This document shows positions 1 through 12,687 of a stretch of 64,000 bases of DNA, one piece after another (the stretch's first letter is position 1; every line of letters begins with the position of its first letter). The stretch covers positions 496,001-560,000 of the forward strand of contig CDROCS010000496.1 of NCBI GenBank assembly GCA_977020255.1. Reading direction: 5' to 3'. Both the position numbers and the translations under genes were made by a program. Below the pieces are notes generated by a model. That model saw nothing but the letters and a program-made list of their open reading frames with translations. It ran no database searches and had not been told where the DNA came from. The DNA is from Obrimoposthia wandeli (Eukaryota).

Positions 1-97
1 TTATAACGCTGTATTAATCGGATTATGTATCCCATCTTTGTGGTATCGAAAAGGAAGTTGTGGAAGATCGTTTGACTTCGAAGGGTTCGTCGCACAG

Positions 98-227
98 GAC
101 AGTGGAACCCTGGTAAAGAAGGTCAAGGGTGTCTTTGCCTTCAAAATCCGAGAAGAAAATGGCAAGGAATCTCTGTGGATCGTAGACTGTAAGAATGGAC
201 GCGGGTCTGTTGTCAAGGATGGATCAG
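98..227 (+). CDS. SCP2: Sterol carrier protein 2 domain, penultimate coding exon (earlier exons lie upstream of the window)
   Basis: Translates DSGTLVKKVKGVFAFKIREENGKESLWIVDCKNGRGSVVKDGS, matching the SCP2 N-half. Acceptor CAG at 95-97 (inferred); donor GT at 228, phase 1. Confidence 0.85.
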
Positions 228-719
228 GTTAATTGCTAATTACAAGATTCTATTTACATCAGACTTGGAATCGATTAGCCGGTAAATTTCAGATTTTTTG
301 CAAAACGCTTTTTTATAAAGGTACTTATTAACATTTTTCTTTTTGTAAAACAGATTTTTAATTTATAAAAACTAATTTGAAGGGCTTTTGGCTTAAAAAG
401 TAGTACAATGTACTCACGAAATTTTTTAAATGTTTTATCTTTAAATATCCTAGCCGGTTCCAGCTCTGATTTAAATATTTTTAATGTTTTTTTTCTTCAA
501 AACATTATAAAATACTTGTATCCTATTTCTGTATCACGAAAACGCTTTTGAAAATAATTTTAAAGTTTTGACATTTTTCGGAAACTTTGATATTAAGTTT
601 GTCATGAAATTTCAAAGTTCTTTAAATATTGCACAGCAGTATCTATAGCGAATGACAAACGGTCATGTGAGATCATCTGTGTCCCTGTCTAACTGGCGTA
701 TTATCTTACTCCACAACAG

Positions 720-907
720 CAAAGGTCGATTGCACCATCTCTATGGGAGAGGCAGACTTCATCAAGGTGATGTTGGGTCAGCTCAACCCTCAGAACGCCT
801 TCTTCCAAGGTAAACTTAAGGTCAGCGGGAACATGGGCCTGGCACTGAAGCTGCGTGAGATCCAGTCACAGGTAAAGGGTCACACCGGTGTTCGGGCACG
901 GCTGTAG
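720..907 (+). CDS. SCP2: SCP2 last coding exon ending in peroxisomal PTS1 (ARL*)
   Basis: Acceptor ...ccacaacag at 719 with ctaac branch-like site upstream; phase matches previous exon. Translates [65 protein letters not shown] at 905-907. Confidence 0.9.
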
Positions 908-2399
908 CCGACGAGGGTCGCATATTGGCACAACTGCACTGTAAATTGGTCTATATTCGGATGAACTCTTTAACCTGAATTCTGATCTTTCTTTGATTGA
1001 CATAATATCGATCGATGTTGGACGATAATGTTGATTGTCGGGTATCAAATTTGAACCACATTTTTGTATCAAGCACAAATATCGATCGGTAATCTAGCTC
1101 ATCTTTGCGGATCAATGATCTGTGCATTTGGTGGTTTTTTTGTCGTTGATTTTAGTATCGTTTCCGTGATTTTAATTTTCAACATCTAATAAATTGCTGG
1201 GTTGGTTCTTTCTTACCTAACCTCATTTCTCTTCAACCGAATGACAAATCTGTTGTTTAATAATATTGCAACATTCATATATATGTAATCTCTTAAGCAG
1301 TTAAATTCGTTTTTCCAAGGCCAATCAATTTTTACAAATTTGTATATTTTGGGGGGAAACAAATTGTAAAAACAAAATAATATATTTTGTGTCTTTGTTA
1401 GATGACAGGCTTTGAAACGGATATGTATAATTATTTTGGATTTTATGAAACCTTCATTAAATATATCTAATTTGTATTCAACCTCTCTATGTTTAGAGCT
1501 AATCAAATATGTTTCAACAGGTCTTTATACACGATTTAAAGGATGAAAGTTTATTTAACCTTATTTTTTGTAAAAATTTTTTTGTTATTTTTTGTTAAAC
1601 AGTGCCTATACATTAGCTGTAAAGCATTCATCAAAACAAAAGGAAATATTACATTTTTGAAATTGATACTCTGTTCTCTTTATCTAGATGCAACACTTTT
1701 ATGTTACTGGTATGTGATCTACTGAAGTCTTCGATGGGCATCCATAAGATTGTTTTCCCTTTCAGCTATAATCCCCTAAAAATTATTTCCGAAACAAATC
1801 TATATTGATCAACTTGGATCAAGGATAAACAGGCAACTCGCTACAACAAAAGTCAACTGTAACTCCAGTGGAAGGAATTGGTTCTTAATATAACTTTGTT
1901 GCTTTATTTTTTCTATTTTAAGTGAAATACTACATTTTATTATACATTAAAAATATTGACCATATAAGTGTGTATATATATTCACTCTGTCAAATAGGCG
2001 AAGAATACCCACGCACTACAGTGCAATGTTCACATACTATTTTATTGTTCCAGTGACTCAAGATCGTATGTCTGTATGTGCACTTTTGTTTCACAAAAAG
2101 CTCTCATTAGAAACAAAGCTTTGATCCACCATTTCTTACTCGTCCTATCCAGGCCATATAGTGCTGCAATCTGATATTAATTATTTAGTGTGAAACGAAT
2201 CGAAAAGCAAAATATGTGATGCAAGAATTGAATTTGACGTCAGTACTACAGATTTACAAATAGAAAAGTAGACTGGTGGAGCAATTATATAACCCTCTGA
2301 TTTGGACCGTGATCACTTTACTTTTCTCGAGACTGGGATATAATTGATATATGTAATTTTGTGTAATCACTTAATCGTTTTGTTTCTTTTGAAGTGTAT

Positions 2400-3110
2400 C
2401 TGTTTGACAACTATCAATCAAGAGATTTATGCCCAGCAAAGAATCGAATTACAAGGGTAAAATATGTGGAAGGCTTTCAATAAATAGTTAAGAATTTTAA
2501 TGTTTCTGTTGATTCTCTCAGTTTAATAACATCTAGTTGAGTTCAGGACATATCTGCTATCAAAACCTCAAATATATGGAGTTTATATTTTTGAATTGCT
2601 CAAACAAACTAGGTATGGTTTTAAAGATATCATTTATATTAGAAAAAGAGAAGTCGTTAACCATCATCGTCATCTAGCTTTCGATTTTGTCACGAAACTT
2701 TCACAGCCCTTTTCTGAACTTATTGTGACTGATAGATACTTTACATTGCACATGTTAGCAGGTAGATTGCTGCATGACAAGCTTACTTTATTTGATACGA
2801 TGCAGACCAATCGGCATGATATTGCACATAAATTGAGACAAACAAAGACCGAACTGTTAATTCTACTGCTATGATTTATGACTAACACAACACAATTGTA
2901 GTAATATCGTTTGTTCCAAATTAAAATAAACATGTACTAATGTTATCTTCATCTCATTCTACTAAAAAATCACTCAAAAACTAAGAATAATTATGGACTA
3001 CAATCTAAACAAAGGTGGAGATGACATTATGGATAAAACATTGAAAACTTAGTTGTTTAAGAAATACCGACCGTTGGCATATGCTTATCAACTTTAACCT
3101 TCTCAAAGGT
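2400..3110 (+). mobile_element. Degenerate piggyBac transposase fragment
   Basis: ORF 2596-2874 has IVTDRYFT..LAGRLLHDKLTLFDTMQTNR (piggyBac DN[YW]FT...GT.R.NR-like). Downstream broken frames give SFVP..NKHVLMLSS.H and IMDYNLNKGG.DIMD...RW (YN..KGGVD..D motif). Stops and frameshifts present; no TIR or TTAA found. Confidence 0.72.
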
Positions 3111-4949
3111 GCTGTCAAAAATTCCTAGATATTCATGAAGAAAGGTAACTTAATACAAAGTATTAAATGAAGATTTGGAATTATTTTATTATTTAGTTTC
3201 AAATTATTATCGTGAAAGAAATGATTAAAATTTTGATAATACAAAAATGTCATTAGTTAAAAAACAATTATATATAGAACATAATGTAAAAGAAAACAAT
3301 TTCTTTTGAAAGATTTTTCACGTCTAATTTGTTTAAGTAACACCATTGTTCTTCCAATTAACTTAGCATGATATAGAGAAAAAAGAGATACTTGAAATTA
3401 TATTACAATTTATGAGTTTTGATCATATTTAATTTTAGGTCTTATGATCGGTCGCGGCGTGTACAGAAGCTCTAATGAAAGTGTCAAGGAATTTTGGCCA
3501 AAGAGTGATGGAATACCAATGAAATTATATAGATTTACTGAAATCAGAATGATTTTTCGTTTTAACAATAAGGAAATGGAAGGTTCTCGTCTATTAAATG
3601 ATTCAATGATTGCAAATTGATTGTTACTCAGCAGCTTTAACTTTAATTATAATGTTTCCTGTACCCTTGGATAATGTGTAACAATATATGAATACTGTGT
3701 TCTTTCCAAGAAAAAAGCAAATATATTCATTAAAATCAACCAAGTATGACCTTAAGTTTTGGTTTCTGTTACAGAACTCTTCTTTATTCATGCATTAGAG
3801 ATGTATGCAGGAGTGGATAAAACAAGAATTGATGTTAAGATATCACATGAAATTATCAGAAGCGTACAAAGATTCTGCTTGTGATGTTTAAATGAATAAC
3901 TAAAAACGATATTCTTCTTCCTATGTATGCTGTGAAGAAAAAAAAGTTTACTATTGTCAAACATGCATAAAATTAAGAATTTCTCAACTAAGCAGCTTAA
4001 GAAGCCATAATCTATAGAGTTCAAAAGGTTAAATTGATACACCGGATGAACGTATTTGTATCTATTTAATGAAATACAGAACAAAATCGTTATATAAAAT
4101 GTAGTGGAGGCTTTGAATTTATGCAAATATGCCATTTTACAGAGTTAGCTAACATTTTATATGACAAAAATACAACGATACAAGAAATCTTCATCCAACT
4201 ACAAGGAAAGATATTCAAAGGTTACAAGGTAATAATCACGTAAAAAGTTGACGTATTTATGAATGTTGCAAAATTTGTACAAGCATAGATCAAAAAGTAA
4301 AACCAAACTGTCAATCTGTTTGTAATGAACATTCAAAAGTCTTATGTCAAAACTGCTTGAGTGTAACATTTTATTTTTCATTTCTTTCTGTCCTATATAA
4401 ATTAAAAATAGTTTACTTGTTAATCGGGACTGAACAACACCGAACAATGGTTTATGAATATTGCTTTTTTACATAAGTAAAATCATGTTTGAAAATCCTT
4501 TTTTCATAAATAAAAAACAATAAAACATAAAACTAATGGAATTTATATTTTAACTTTTTGTTATTGAAATTTTAAAAATATTTTGACAACAAAGCTGTTC
4601 GTAGGTCAAAACTCCTGACATTGAGACAAATGAGTAAGTTAAACAGTGATCATTTCTTATCTTGTGATAGACTCTCTAGATTCTCGGGGATCACGAACTT
4701 AAATAAAATACATTTTTAGTGTAATAACTGCCGCCATCGTGCTACTTATTTTTTATTATTATTTATAATTAGTTTAAGTTAACCGTTTAGTTTTCATAAT
4801 GTAGCAATCAATCCTGCAATATTTAATCTCACTTGTTGAATAATGAATTCCACTATAGTAATTGTTTTTTAAATTGTATATTAAAATTGATAAAATATTT
4901 GCATTAGATTGTAGTGGAAACAGTTACGTAATATACAGATCAGAAACCA

Positions 4950-5380
4950 AAATTATCACCATGAAATAATTCGTTAATAAACACAAATATAATTAAATAG
5001 ATCTTCTGTTTGTAGAGAAGAATAAACCAGATTTTATTGTTGGGATCGATAAAATGTAAATATTCGGGATAAAGCTACCGGGAGTATGTAATTTGGACTC
5101 GTCTTGCATGATGAAAAGGTTTTATTCGAAAGAAGCAACATATAAAATATGTAATTCTGAAAAATGCGATAGGGACTCAATTCTAGGACATTATATTAAG
5201 ATGTTTGAAAAATATTCATGTGTTCTACATTTTTTTTAGGATATACTGAAATTGTCTCCCATAAAATTGAGAATATTGATCCAATTTGTCAAAATCTTAG
5301 ACGACAACCAATGCATTTAAAAAACCAAGTTTATGAAATGATTGAAAATTTACTGGAAGTAAACGTAATTAGGCGTTGTG
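4950..5380 (+). mobile_element. Old Ty3/Gypsy relic, part 1 (protease end / RT N-terminus)
   Basis: Broken frames DFIVGID and HKIE..DPICQNLRRQPMHLKNQVYEMIENLLEVNVIRRC, typical of the Gypsy pre-RT segment. Confidence 0.7.
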
Positions 5381-5384
5381 ATAA

Positions 5385-5860
5385 GATAAAATAAGAAAAC
5401 CATATTCATAGTAAACACGTATCTGAAACTTCATGTAGTCTAAAGCAATTCCACTGGGCACAAGTATGTTCTATGACTTAACTTGAGATTTTTATTTTAA
5501 TCTTCTTTCTTTCTGCAGCTGAATATTTGTAAGCCTGGAAAAGTTGGTTGTTGTCGGCATTTCAGAACCCGAGGGTCCCTACACTAATAACATAGAGTTC
5601 TACCATTTTGTCACTATTATCTTTCCGCGTAATCTCAACTAGATTCTGATATTGGTCATTGTTTTGCTGTAACGATTATTTTGACTCATATTACTGTCAA
5701 AGGGAACTTTAATTTCCACATAGTGGATGTAGGTTCTACCTTTTACCATAATATCTGGTCTTGCTCGCTGAATATTGCCACTGTCATCCATTACAGTAGT
5801 AGTTTCCTCTATGCCAATAATATTTCCGTCATTTAGGGCAAGTTTAAGTAAGGCATATGT
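5385..5860 (-). mobile_element. R2/NeSL-like non-LTR retrotransposon relic, restriction-like endonuclease (RLE) end
   Basis: Minus strand reads ...GNIQRARPDIMVKGRTYIHYVEIKVPFDS... then QYQNLVE...ISVGTLG, the PD-(D/E)xK RLE pattern; degenerate. Confidence 0.75.
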
Positions 5861-5924
5861 TATACTTTAAAAATATATAGTAAAAACAAATCTACAATTA
5901 TATATTCAAAAGTTTTTTAGCCAA

Positions 5925-6142
5925 ATTGTCCAAATTGTCCAAATTATCCAAATATATTTATTCGATAGATTCTATTCCAAATTATCCAAATATATAATTC
6001 GATGTATTCGATTCCAAATTATCCAAATATATTTATTCGATAGATTCGATTCCAAATTATCCAAATATATTTATTCGATAGATTCGATTCCAAATTATCC
6101 AAATATATTTATTCAATAGATTCTATTCCAAATTATCCAATA
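5925..6142. repeat. 38-bp tandem repeat, about 5 copies
   Basis: Unit ttccaaattatccaaatatatttattcgatagattcga repeated with minor variants. Confidence 0.9.
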
Positions 6143-6567
6143 GTATTTTAATCTTAGTCAATAGTTCTAAATTGTTAAATTGCAGGATCAATAATCAAAG
6201 ATATTCGAATAGTATTTTATTTTTCCTCAATGGTTAAAATTAGTAAAAATATATTGGTAAGAAATTCTGAAATTCTATCAAAATCCGCATATATATGCGG
6301 GTAAGACATACACACACTTGAAGGACCTTAAAAATCAGTTAAAAGAATGTCTGCCAAAATCCACTGTAACATATGAGAGATAAATCACAACTGGTCCCAG
6401 CTGCGAAGTGCGCCAGCGAGATAACACAGGAGAGGTATGGATCTGGAGAGAGGGAGAAAGGGACCTCTCAGTGGCAGCGGGGGCAATTTCTCGCCGCGAC
6501 TGCGAGCAATTATGCACAGGTAAATCTGCACAAATAACAAATCAACACACACATACACACGAGACAT

Positions 6568-6661
6568 AATGTGAGTGAGTGAGTAAGGAGAGTGAGTATG
6601 AAAGTTGAGTGAGTTGTGAGTGTGAGTGAGTATGAAAGTTGAGTGAGTGTGTGTGTGTGTT
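6568..6661. repeat. (GAGT)n/(GT)n-type compound microsatellite
   Basis: gtgagtgagtgagtaaggagagtgagtatgaaagttgagtgagt...gtgtgtgtgt. Confidence 0.85.
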
Positions 6662-6808
6662 GAATTGTGCACTTGTGCACACCAATATCACATGTCGACG
6701 ATATTCGTCGGCACATGAAAGGGGGAATCTTTCCCTCTTTTCCCTGGCTTTTTATTATTGTTATCTCTGGCTTCGCGGAATCCACCGCGAAGTTAGAGAT
6801 AACAAGCC

Positions 6809-6860
6809 ATCTCCCTGATGAGCTCGGCAGGGCGAAACGGGCTTTTTTCCCGTCGGAGAT
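6809..6860 (+). ncRNA. Type I hammerhead ribozyme
   Basis: Stem I ATCTCC(6809-14)/GGAGAT(6855-60); core CTGATGA (6815-21); stem II GCTC-ggca-GGGC; GAAA (6834-37); stem III CGGG-ctttttt-CCCG; GUC cleavage triplet (6852-54). Every conserved core nucleotide is present. Confidence 0.9.
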
Positions 6861-7052
6861 TGATTTATCTTGAGACTAAAATGCCAAAGTGCATATTTTT
6901 TAATTAGAACTTTTCCCTAATTAAGGAAAGTTCTTAATTAATTCTTTAGTTAATTAATTCTTTTTTTTTTTTTACTTTTTATTTTAAAAATTTTTAATAT
7001 ATATATTTTTATTTTTTCAAAATAAATAGCTTTAATATTTTCCGAACACATA

Positions 7053-9110
7053 TACTTCTCGAACTACCATATTGTGCATCTGTACATTCCAGAGATGCAT
7101 TTTACAGCATCCTAATATAGCATGGAATGCAGTCTCAGATGATTGTTTATTGTTTATTTTACACCCATATCGACAGCAAATAACTCCATGCTTACTATAT
7201 AGCGCTTTAACATCCAAGCCTCCTATTCGGGCTTTGTGTATAAAGTACAATGCTTTATGAGTGAGTTTACCCTTTAGGATAAACCCGTTAATGTCCGTAT
7301 CAGATTTGGCATTTTCATAAATCACCAATCCCGGTTTATCATTAATTCGTACATGCCCAGTCCTAGCAATTGAGATCTGGTTGTGGAGATTGGCACTGAT
7401 TCCTTTGTTATTGTCGCGTGTGAGTACGGTATTAACATTACCCTACTTATTGCAAATTACTACTTCATCATTTTCAGCATCTGTAGACTCTTTAGAGATT
7501 ATTATTTCGATATTCAACTTCTTGTTGATTTTCTTTTTAGTCTCAGTATACCTTCCTCACTCATTTATGTTTGTTGCTTGAATGATATTTTCATTTACGG
7601 CTTGGGATAGGCAACTTCAAACGTCTCTGCATTCCGGGACTCATTTACTTACCAAGGAGATAAGTTCAAGTCTAAAGGCTTGTTGTAATCCTCCATGGTC
7701 TGCAATCGCCATTTTGAAGACCTGGATGGCCTGATATTTGTGACCATGCAAGGTTCGAAGAGGGGTATTTTAAAGCATTCCTGCAATTCTGCGGAGTTGT
7801 TTCCTCACTTGCCGGTCATAAGCGTATTTTGTTACTCATTTAGTACATCTATCATTGGTGAATCTATCGTAAGAGATGTTGTTTTAGCTGAAACTGAATA
7901 CAAACTCGGAGTGTACAAAACATTTGTACGCCGAGATTTTCTGGTGAGGATACAGTCTACTGTTCGTGATCTTCATGGTCACGTCAAGATTCCACTCAAA
8001 TATATCCTCACATTTGTGTTTTGTATCTGCATTTCTGTTCATACCTAGGTATATGTAGGCACTATCTGTAGTTACTGCAGGTATAGGGTCTCCATCGAGT
8101 AAGATCTCCTTGATTTCTTTCTTGACATCTCTATTATTGCTGCCCCTGAAGGGAATTTTGAGTATTCCTTATTTGCTAGGTCTGAATCTCAATTGAATCC
8201 TGGCTGCAGTATCTGCTGCAGTATCCACTATCGTCTTCGGTACAGATTTGTTCTCAGCAAGTAAGTTAGGGTAGAAAAATGTGTAGAACCAAGTTTGAAT
8301 AAAGCGTTTGGTACTTTGTTCACTGCCTCAATGACGGGATTAATACAGAGATTAAATATAACCATGAACAATGGACAACTTTGGCGTGCACCCTTCTTAA
8401 TGGTTATATCTTTAATCTTAGTTACCCACATTGTATGTCGGTTTTGTTCTCCTCGTAGATACTGTGTAAATGTTTACATATCTTCTCAGAAATGTTAACT
8501 TTGAACATCATTCCCACGATGAAGTTTATGGGCATTGACCCAAAGGCATCAGCGATATCCAGAATTACAACATTACAGGATCTTTTGTTTCTGTGACACT
8601 CATTGGTGACTATATTGAGTACTTCATTGCGCTCAAATCAGCCCTCAAACCTGCCAATGCTCTTTTGAGATGGATGTAGACATTTTTATTTCCATGAACA
8701 GTTTCGTAGATCAGAAACAATAACACTCACCAGTACTTTAGAAATGCAACTCATAACCGCAATTTGTCTCCACACAGAAACGTCGCTATAAGAATCTTTT
8801 CTGGCTTTAGGAAAAAACATGATTCTGAAGGTTCTTCATGCAGTAGGCATGGTACTGGATTCCAGTATCTTGTTGAATAAAAACATTATCTCATTGCAAT
8901 TTGGGTCTTGTTTCCTGATGTCGGAGTATGTTATTCCATCAGGCCCTGGGGCACTAGCAGGAGCTTTCCTAAGAGAGAAACTTACCATCTTAGCAGTAAC
9001 AAAATCACATTTAAAGATACTTTCTCCTCTCAAAAAAGGTCGTAGGGTAATGTACCTTTTTTTCACTTTGGAACTCGATGTTGGTCATTGTGAAATAGCC
9101 AGTCAATAAA
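7053..9110 (-). mobile_element. R2/NeSL-like non-LTR retrotransposon relic, RT and CCHC knuckle; 5' truncated
   Basis: ORF 8836-9066 SAPGPDGITY (RT domain 0/1); ORF 8228-8431 KGARQSCPLFMVIFNLCINP; ORF 7032-7328 CRYGC...SETAFHAILGCC...HNMVVREV (R2-type CCHC plus HN.VV). Confidence 0.8.
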
Positions 9111-9111
9111 A

Positions 9112-9575
9112 TTCAAATGTGTGTTGACTATAGACAAATGCATGCCCTGCGCTAGAAGTTTACATTTCCAATATCGAATGCATAACTCTTGTTATATTGT
9201 CTGGGTGATACAAAAATATTAACTGCTCTAAATATTGGACAAGCTTATTACCAGGTAGATATAGGAAATGAGTCTAAGATAAAAACTGTTTTCAGTACAA
9301 AAATGGGACAATTTTGTTTCAATCGGTTGCCATTTGGGTTGACTACAGCAACGATAACATTCCAGAGTTCGGTGCATAAAATATTGGATGGTTGTTGTTC
9401 AAAGGAACAGTTGTATATCTGGATGTTATCCTTGTTTAAGGTAGCAACCAAGAATATCATTATATTTTTTATGAAAGTATTCAAAGGAATAGCAGATGTA
9501 GGCCTCAAAATAAAGCCGATTTAATGCTGCATCGATCAGAAACAGTTAAAATTTCTAAGTCATACTGTAACATTT
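9112..9575 (+). mobile_element. Old Ty3/Gypsy relic, part 2 (RT core)
   Basis: MCVDYRQ at 9117; ORF 9189-9524 AYYQVDI..ESKIKTVFST..GQFCFNRLPFGLTTA..TFQ; later LKIKP..C and LKFLSHTV. Confidence 0.8.
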
Positions 9576-11096
9576 TCACCATTGTCACCATTTTCTCCTT
9601 GAAGCTGTTTATTTAGCAAATTCATTTTTTAAAATATATCTAACAAATAATATATATCACATTTTATTGAAACCATTTGTTTTTGAAGAGGGTTGTTATC
9701 AAGAAAAGTGACAATGGAATTCCAAAGTTCAACAAAACGTCGTAAACAATTACCTTTTGATAACCATCTCACCTCTGTATGAAGTACGAAGAGTTCAAAA
9801 TTCTTCAAAATTTTGGTTACAAAATTCTTTAAAAATGCGGGCTCGTAATGAATTGGATTTAATATGTTTAACCACTTTTATTACGATATTCAGAGAATCA
9901 TGCAGACGTTCACTGAATTTTTTTCTTCGACTAATTACTGTCTATGTATCACACAGTGTATGCAAAATACTTCCGACCCATCGTTTTTTTAATAGGCAAT
10001 GAAACACCTGTATCTGCTTACCATGGATGGGGTGCCATCAGTTGCACAAGGCATTATATTTGGAAGGGGAATATATATTCTTTAAAATAAGTAAAATTTT
10101 CTTTGAAAATCGTTTTGCCTTTAGTATCAGTTTGAAGAGTTCTGACAAAAAGCATTTCTTTCCTGAATCCATTGACATCCAAAAATCGAACATACGCTAA
10201 AGATAAACTTCATCAAGTTGAACGGCAAACTTATTTTTTCGTAATTTAACTAATAATTGTTTTTTTTACATCCTCAGTTATTTCATCAATACGCCGCGAA
10301 ACTGATGAGTTACTTCAAGGAATTATATCAGTAATTGCACGAACATTTCATTTCATTATTAATGAATTCACAACAGATAATGCTGATCAAATTACAATTT
10401 CACCAACAATATGGGGTTTCCCAGATTTTTCAATTATCTTAGACATTTCATAAGACGCTAATAAACCCTTATGTTTTTCTAAATAACTCACTTACAGTAT
10501 ATCTTGGTTTAAATTCGTTCCTTGCTTTTCTAAAAAACTCTTTTGAGGCACTTTTCTTCTTACTGTGCCGGGATTTCAAATGAATCTTTAATTTCGCCGG
10601 CTTCATGCTGTAATTTGACAATGAATCCTTTCATAACAGTCACATTGGTCTTGATTTAAACGCCAAATACTTCACAGAATATTGTCGACATTTCTTCTTT
10701 GAAGAAGGTTCCATAAACAATCTAGTATTATAAAATAAAGAGATTTAAAGTTTAAAATATATCTTACCGTTCAACATAAAACGTTTTATGAATAAATTCA
10801 AAAGTTTTAAAAAAATTGTAGAAGATTTGAAAAGGCGTAGAAAATTTAACAAAATTTGTATATTAACACAAAATAATTAAAAAATTAACTTAAAAATCAG
10901 ATTAAAGGTATGTCGTATTTATAACTGTTGCTTATATTTATTTTATTCTAATTTATAGAATGATTACATTTTAATTAATATAGTAATTTACTATTTTTCT
11001 TCACAGGATCACCAGAATATTCAATGAACCCCCAATCTATTCTTTTTTTCTGTAGACCGCCTAAAATATCATGTGGACACCAGTTGAGAAGCCCTG
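9575..11096 (-). mobile_element. Buster/Charlie-type hAT DNA transposon, 3' truncated, degenerate
   Basis: Terminus CAGGGCTTCTCAAC (minus strand, 11096-11083) flanked by CCCTAGAA (NNNTANNN Buster-type target). Broken frames KKCRQYS..YL...SMKPAKLK, PLSNSSVSRRIDEITEDV...KFAVQLDE, CATDGTPSM. Second TIR not found. Confidence 0.8.
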
Positions 11097-11960
11097 CCCT
11101 AGAAGAACGCTAATGAAATTATTTATGAAATTCACAAATGTCTTTGTTGTCTGGGAATGCAAAAGGTTTATTACTATATTAAAGATAGTTTCTTTTTGAA
11201 AGGATTGTTTCAAGAAATACAAGAATGTATATCAAAATGAGAATATTGTACCAAAAGAAATAAATTAAACAAGTAGAACAAAATAAATATTCCTATAGTC
11301 AAATACAATATTTTAGACCAAATAGTTGTCGATATAGCTCATATGAAGGAAAAAAGATCTAAAAATAAATAAATGTTAATAGTAATCGATCGATTTAGTA
11401 AACTGATATCAAGGAAGATGAAATAACAAGTATTAAAGCACTCGAGACAAATTTGGGAATCTCGGAGCATTTTAACAGATAGACAAATATTTAATGGAAA
11501 TTATTTGCTGAATTGGCTACGAAAATTTGGTATTGAACAGGAGATTAGTCCTTTTTTACATCAAGCTATCGGTCTAACAGAAAGAGTTATACGCATGGTA
11601 AGGGATATGATTGTTACGATTATAGCGTCTACTAAAACAGGAAAATGTTCCAAAATTTTTTTGCAAATGAAATTTCCTATATTTGTAACAGTAAATAGTT
11701 TTTCAGAACAGTCACTGTTTGAAATAATTTATGAAATAAAAATTCAAACATCAAGAGCAACAAAAAATAAAGGTATCATTCAAGACGAACAAATCACAGG
11801 TAGAAAATGAAAGAGAACAGGTCTCATTTCAGTTTCGAAGATAAATCCTGCCCAGGAGAATCGAATGGCTGAAGTGCAAGTTTGAATAGTGGAGAGTTAT
11901 GTAATTAGAAACCAGAAATATCCTACCAAAATATTTGTACATAAATTCTATATATTGTTT
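11097..11960 (+). mobile_element. Old Ty3/Gypsy relic, part 3 (integrase)
   Basis: EIIYEIHKCLC.LGMQKVY (Zn-binding region), DQIVVDIAH, IDRFSKL, ORF 11505-11810 GLTERVIRMVRDMI. Confidence 0.7.
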
Positions 11961-12563
11961 TGTGGAATGTAACATTTCGAATTGTTTGCGCTAAAAACAT
12001 AACTAATAATATAATTTTAGAGTTCACGACAGTTATCAAATTCAGTTTCTAAGAATCCTCATGGGGAGTATATAAAGTACAAATCAAAAATATATTAAGA
12101 TCATTTGTTTAGAAACACGTATATAATTGAATATATATTCTGTTTGTAGAATCTAACTCATCTGAATTGTGTCTAATGAAAACATAACTGAAACTATTCC
12201 TTAAAGTCTTATTCAACAAGTCAAATAAATTCACAGTAAAATTTAAAAATACAGTATCCAATAATCAGTTACTAAGATTGAAATTAAATTTAAGACGAAT
12301 TTATTAATATTAGGAAATATCACAAGCTTATATCATATATTAAAATACAAAATCATAGAAGAATACTTAAGTTGCATTGTACTATACATAAATTTTAAAT
12401 CAGTAAATAAAAATAAGTTTCAATTGTAATATTTTTTTTTTAATTTTAAGATTAATAAATGTTTTATTTTTTAAATAAAGGAAATAGTGAAAAGAAAAGT
12501 CCAAGCCAGCTTCATGAAAATCTAAATTCAGAATCTAAACTAAAAACCCTAAGTCAGAGACGG

Positions 12564-12687
12564 CTAGTGATATTTGCTGCTGCGATGGGATTGGTGCTCG
12601 TGGTAGTGAAAGTAAAAATTGAGAGCTGCCGCAGCTATACCCACTTGCAGATATGGTACCATGGTTGGACGACGAACCTCCTTCCAT
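12564..12687 (-). CDS. ATP5MF: Mitochondrial ATP synthase subunit f, last coding exon
   Basis: Acceptor ...caatctcaatctag at 12688; one base completes the split Arg codon (phase 2), then WKEVRRPTMVPYLQVGIAAAALNFYFHYHEHQSHRSSKYH*, with the family's TM segment and terminal KYH. AATAAA on the minus strand at 12463-12468. Confidence 0.85.

Larger units (their letters stand above)
5861..7052. mobile_element. ~1.19-kb non-coding insertion interrupting the RLE LINE; carries tandem repeat, microsatellite and hammerhead ribozyme
   Basis: TATACTT occurs at both junctions (5861-5867, 7051-7057). Joining 7053 to 5860 on the minus strand gives in-frame ...VVREV|TYALLKLALNDGNIIG. Confidence 0.6.

Noticed and set aside
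872-877. GTAAAG as a further SCP2 splice donor
   Set aside because: Reading through gives [11 protein letters not shown] with a valid PTS1, so no further exon is needed; alternative splicing is not excluded.
6335-6873. Short ORFs (HTHTH/LTHSL-rich)
   Set aside because: Microsatellite-derived, overlapping a structured non-coding element.
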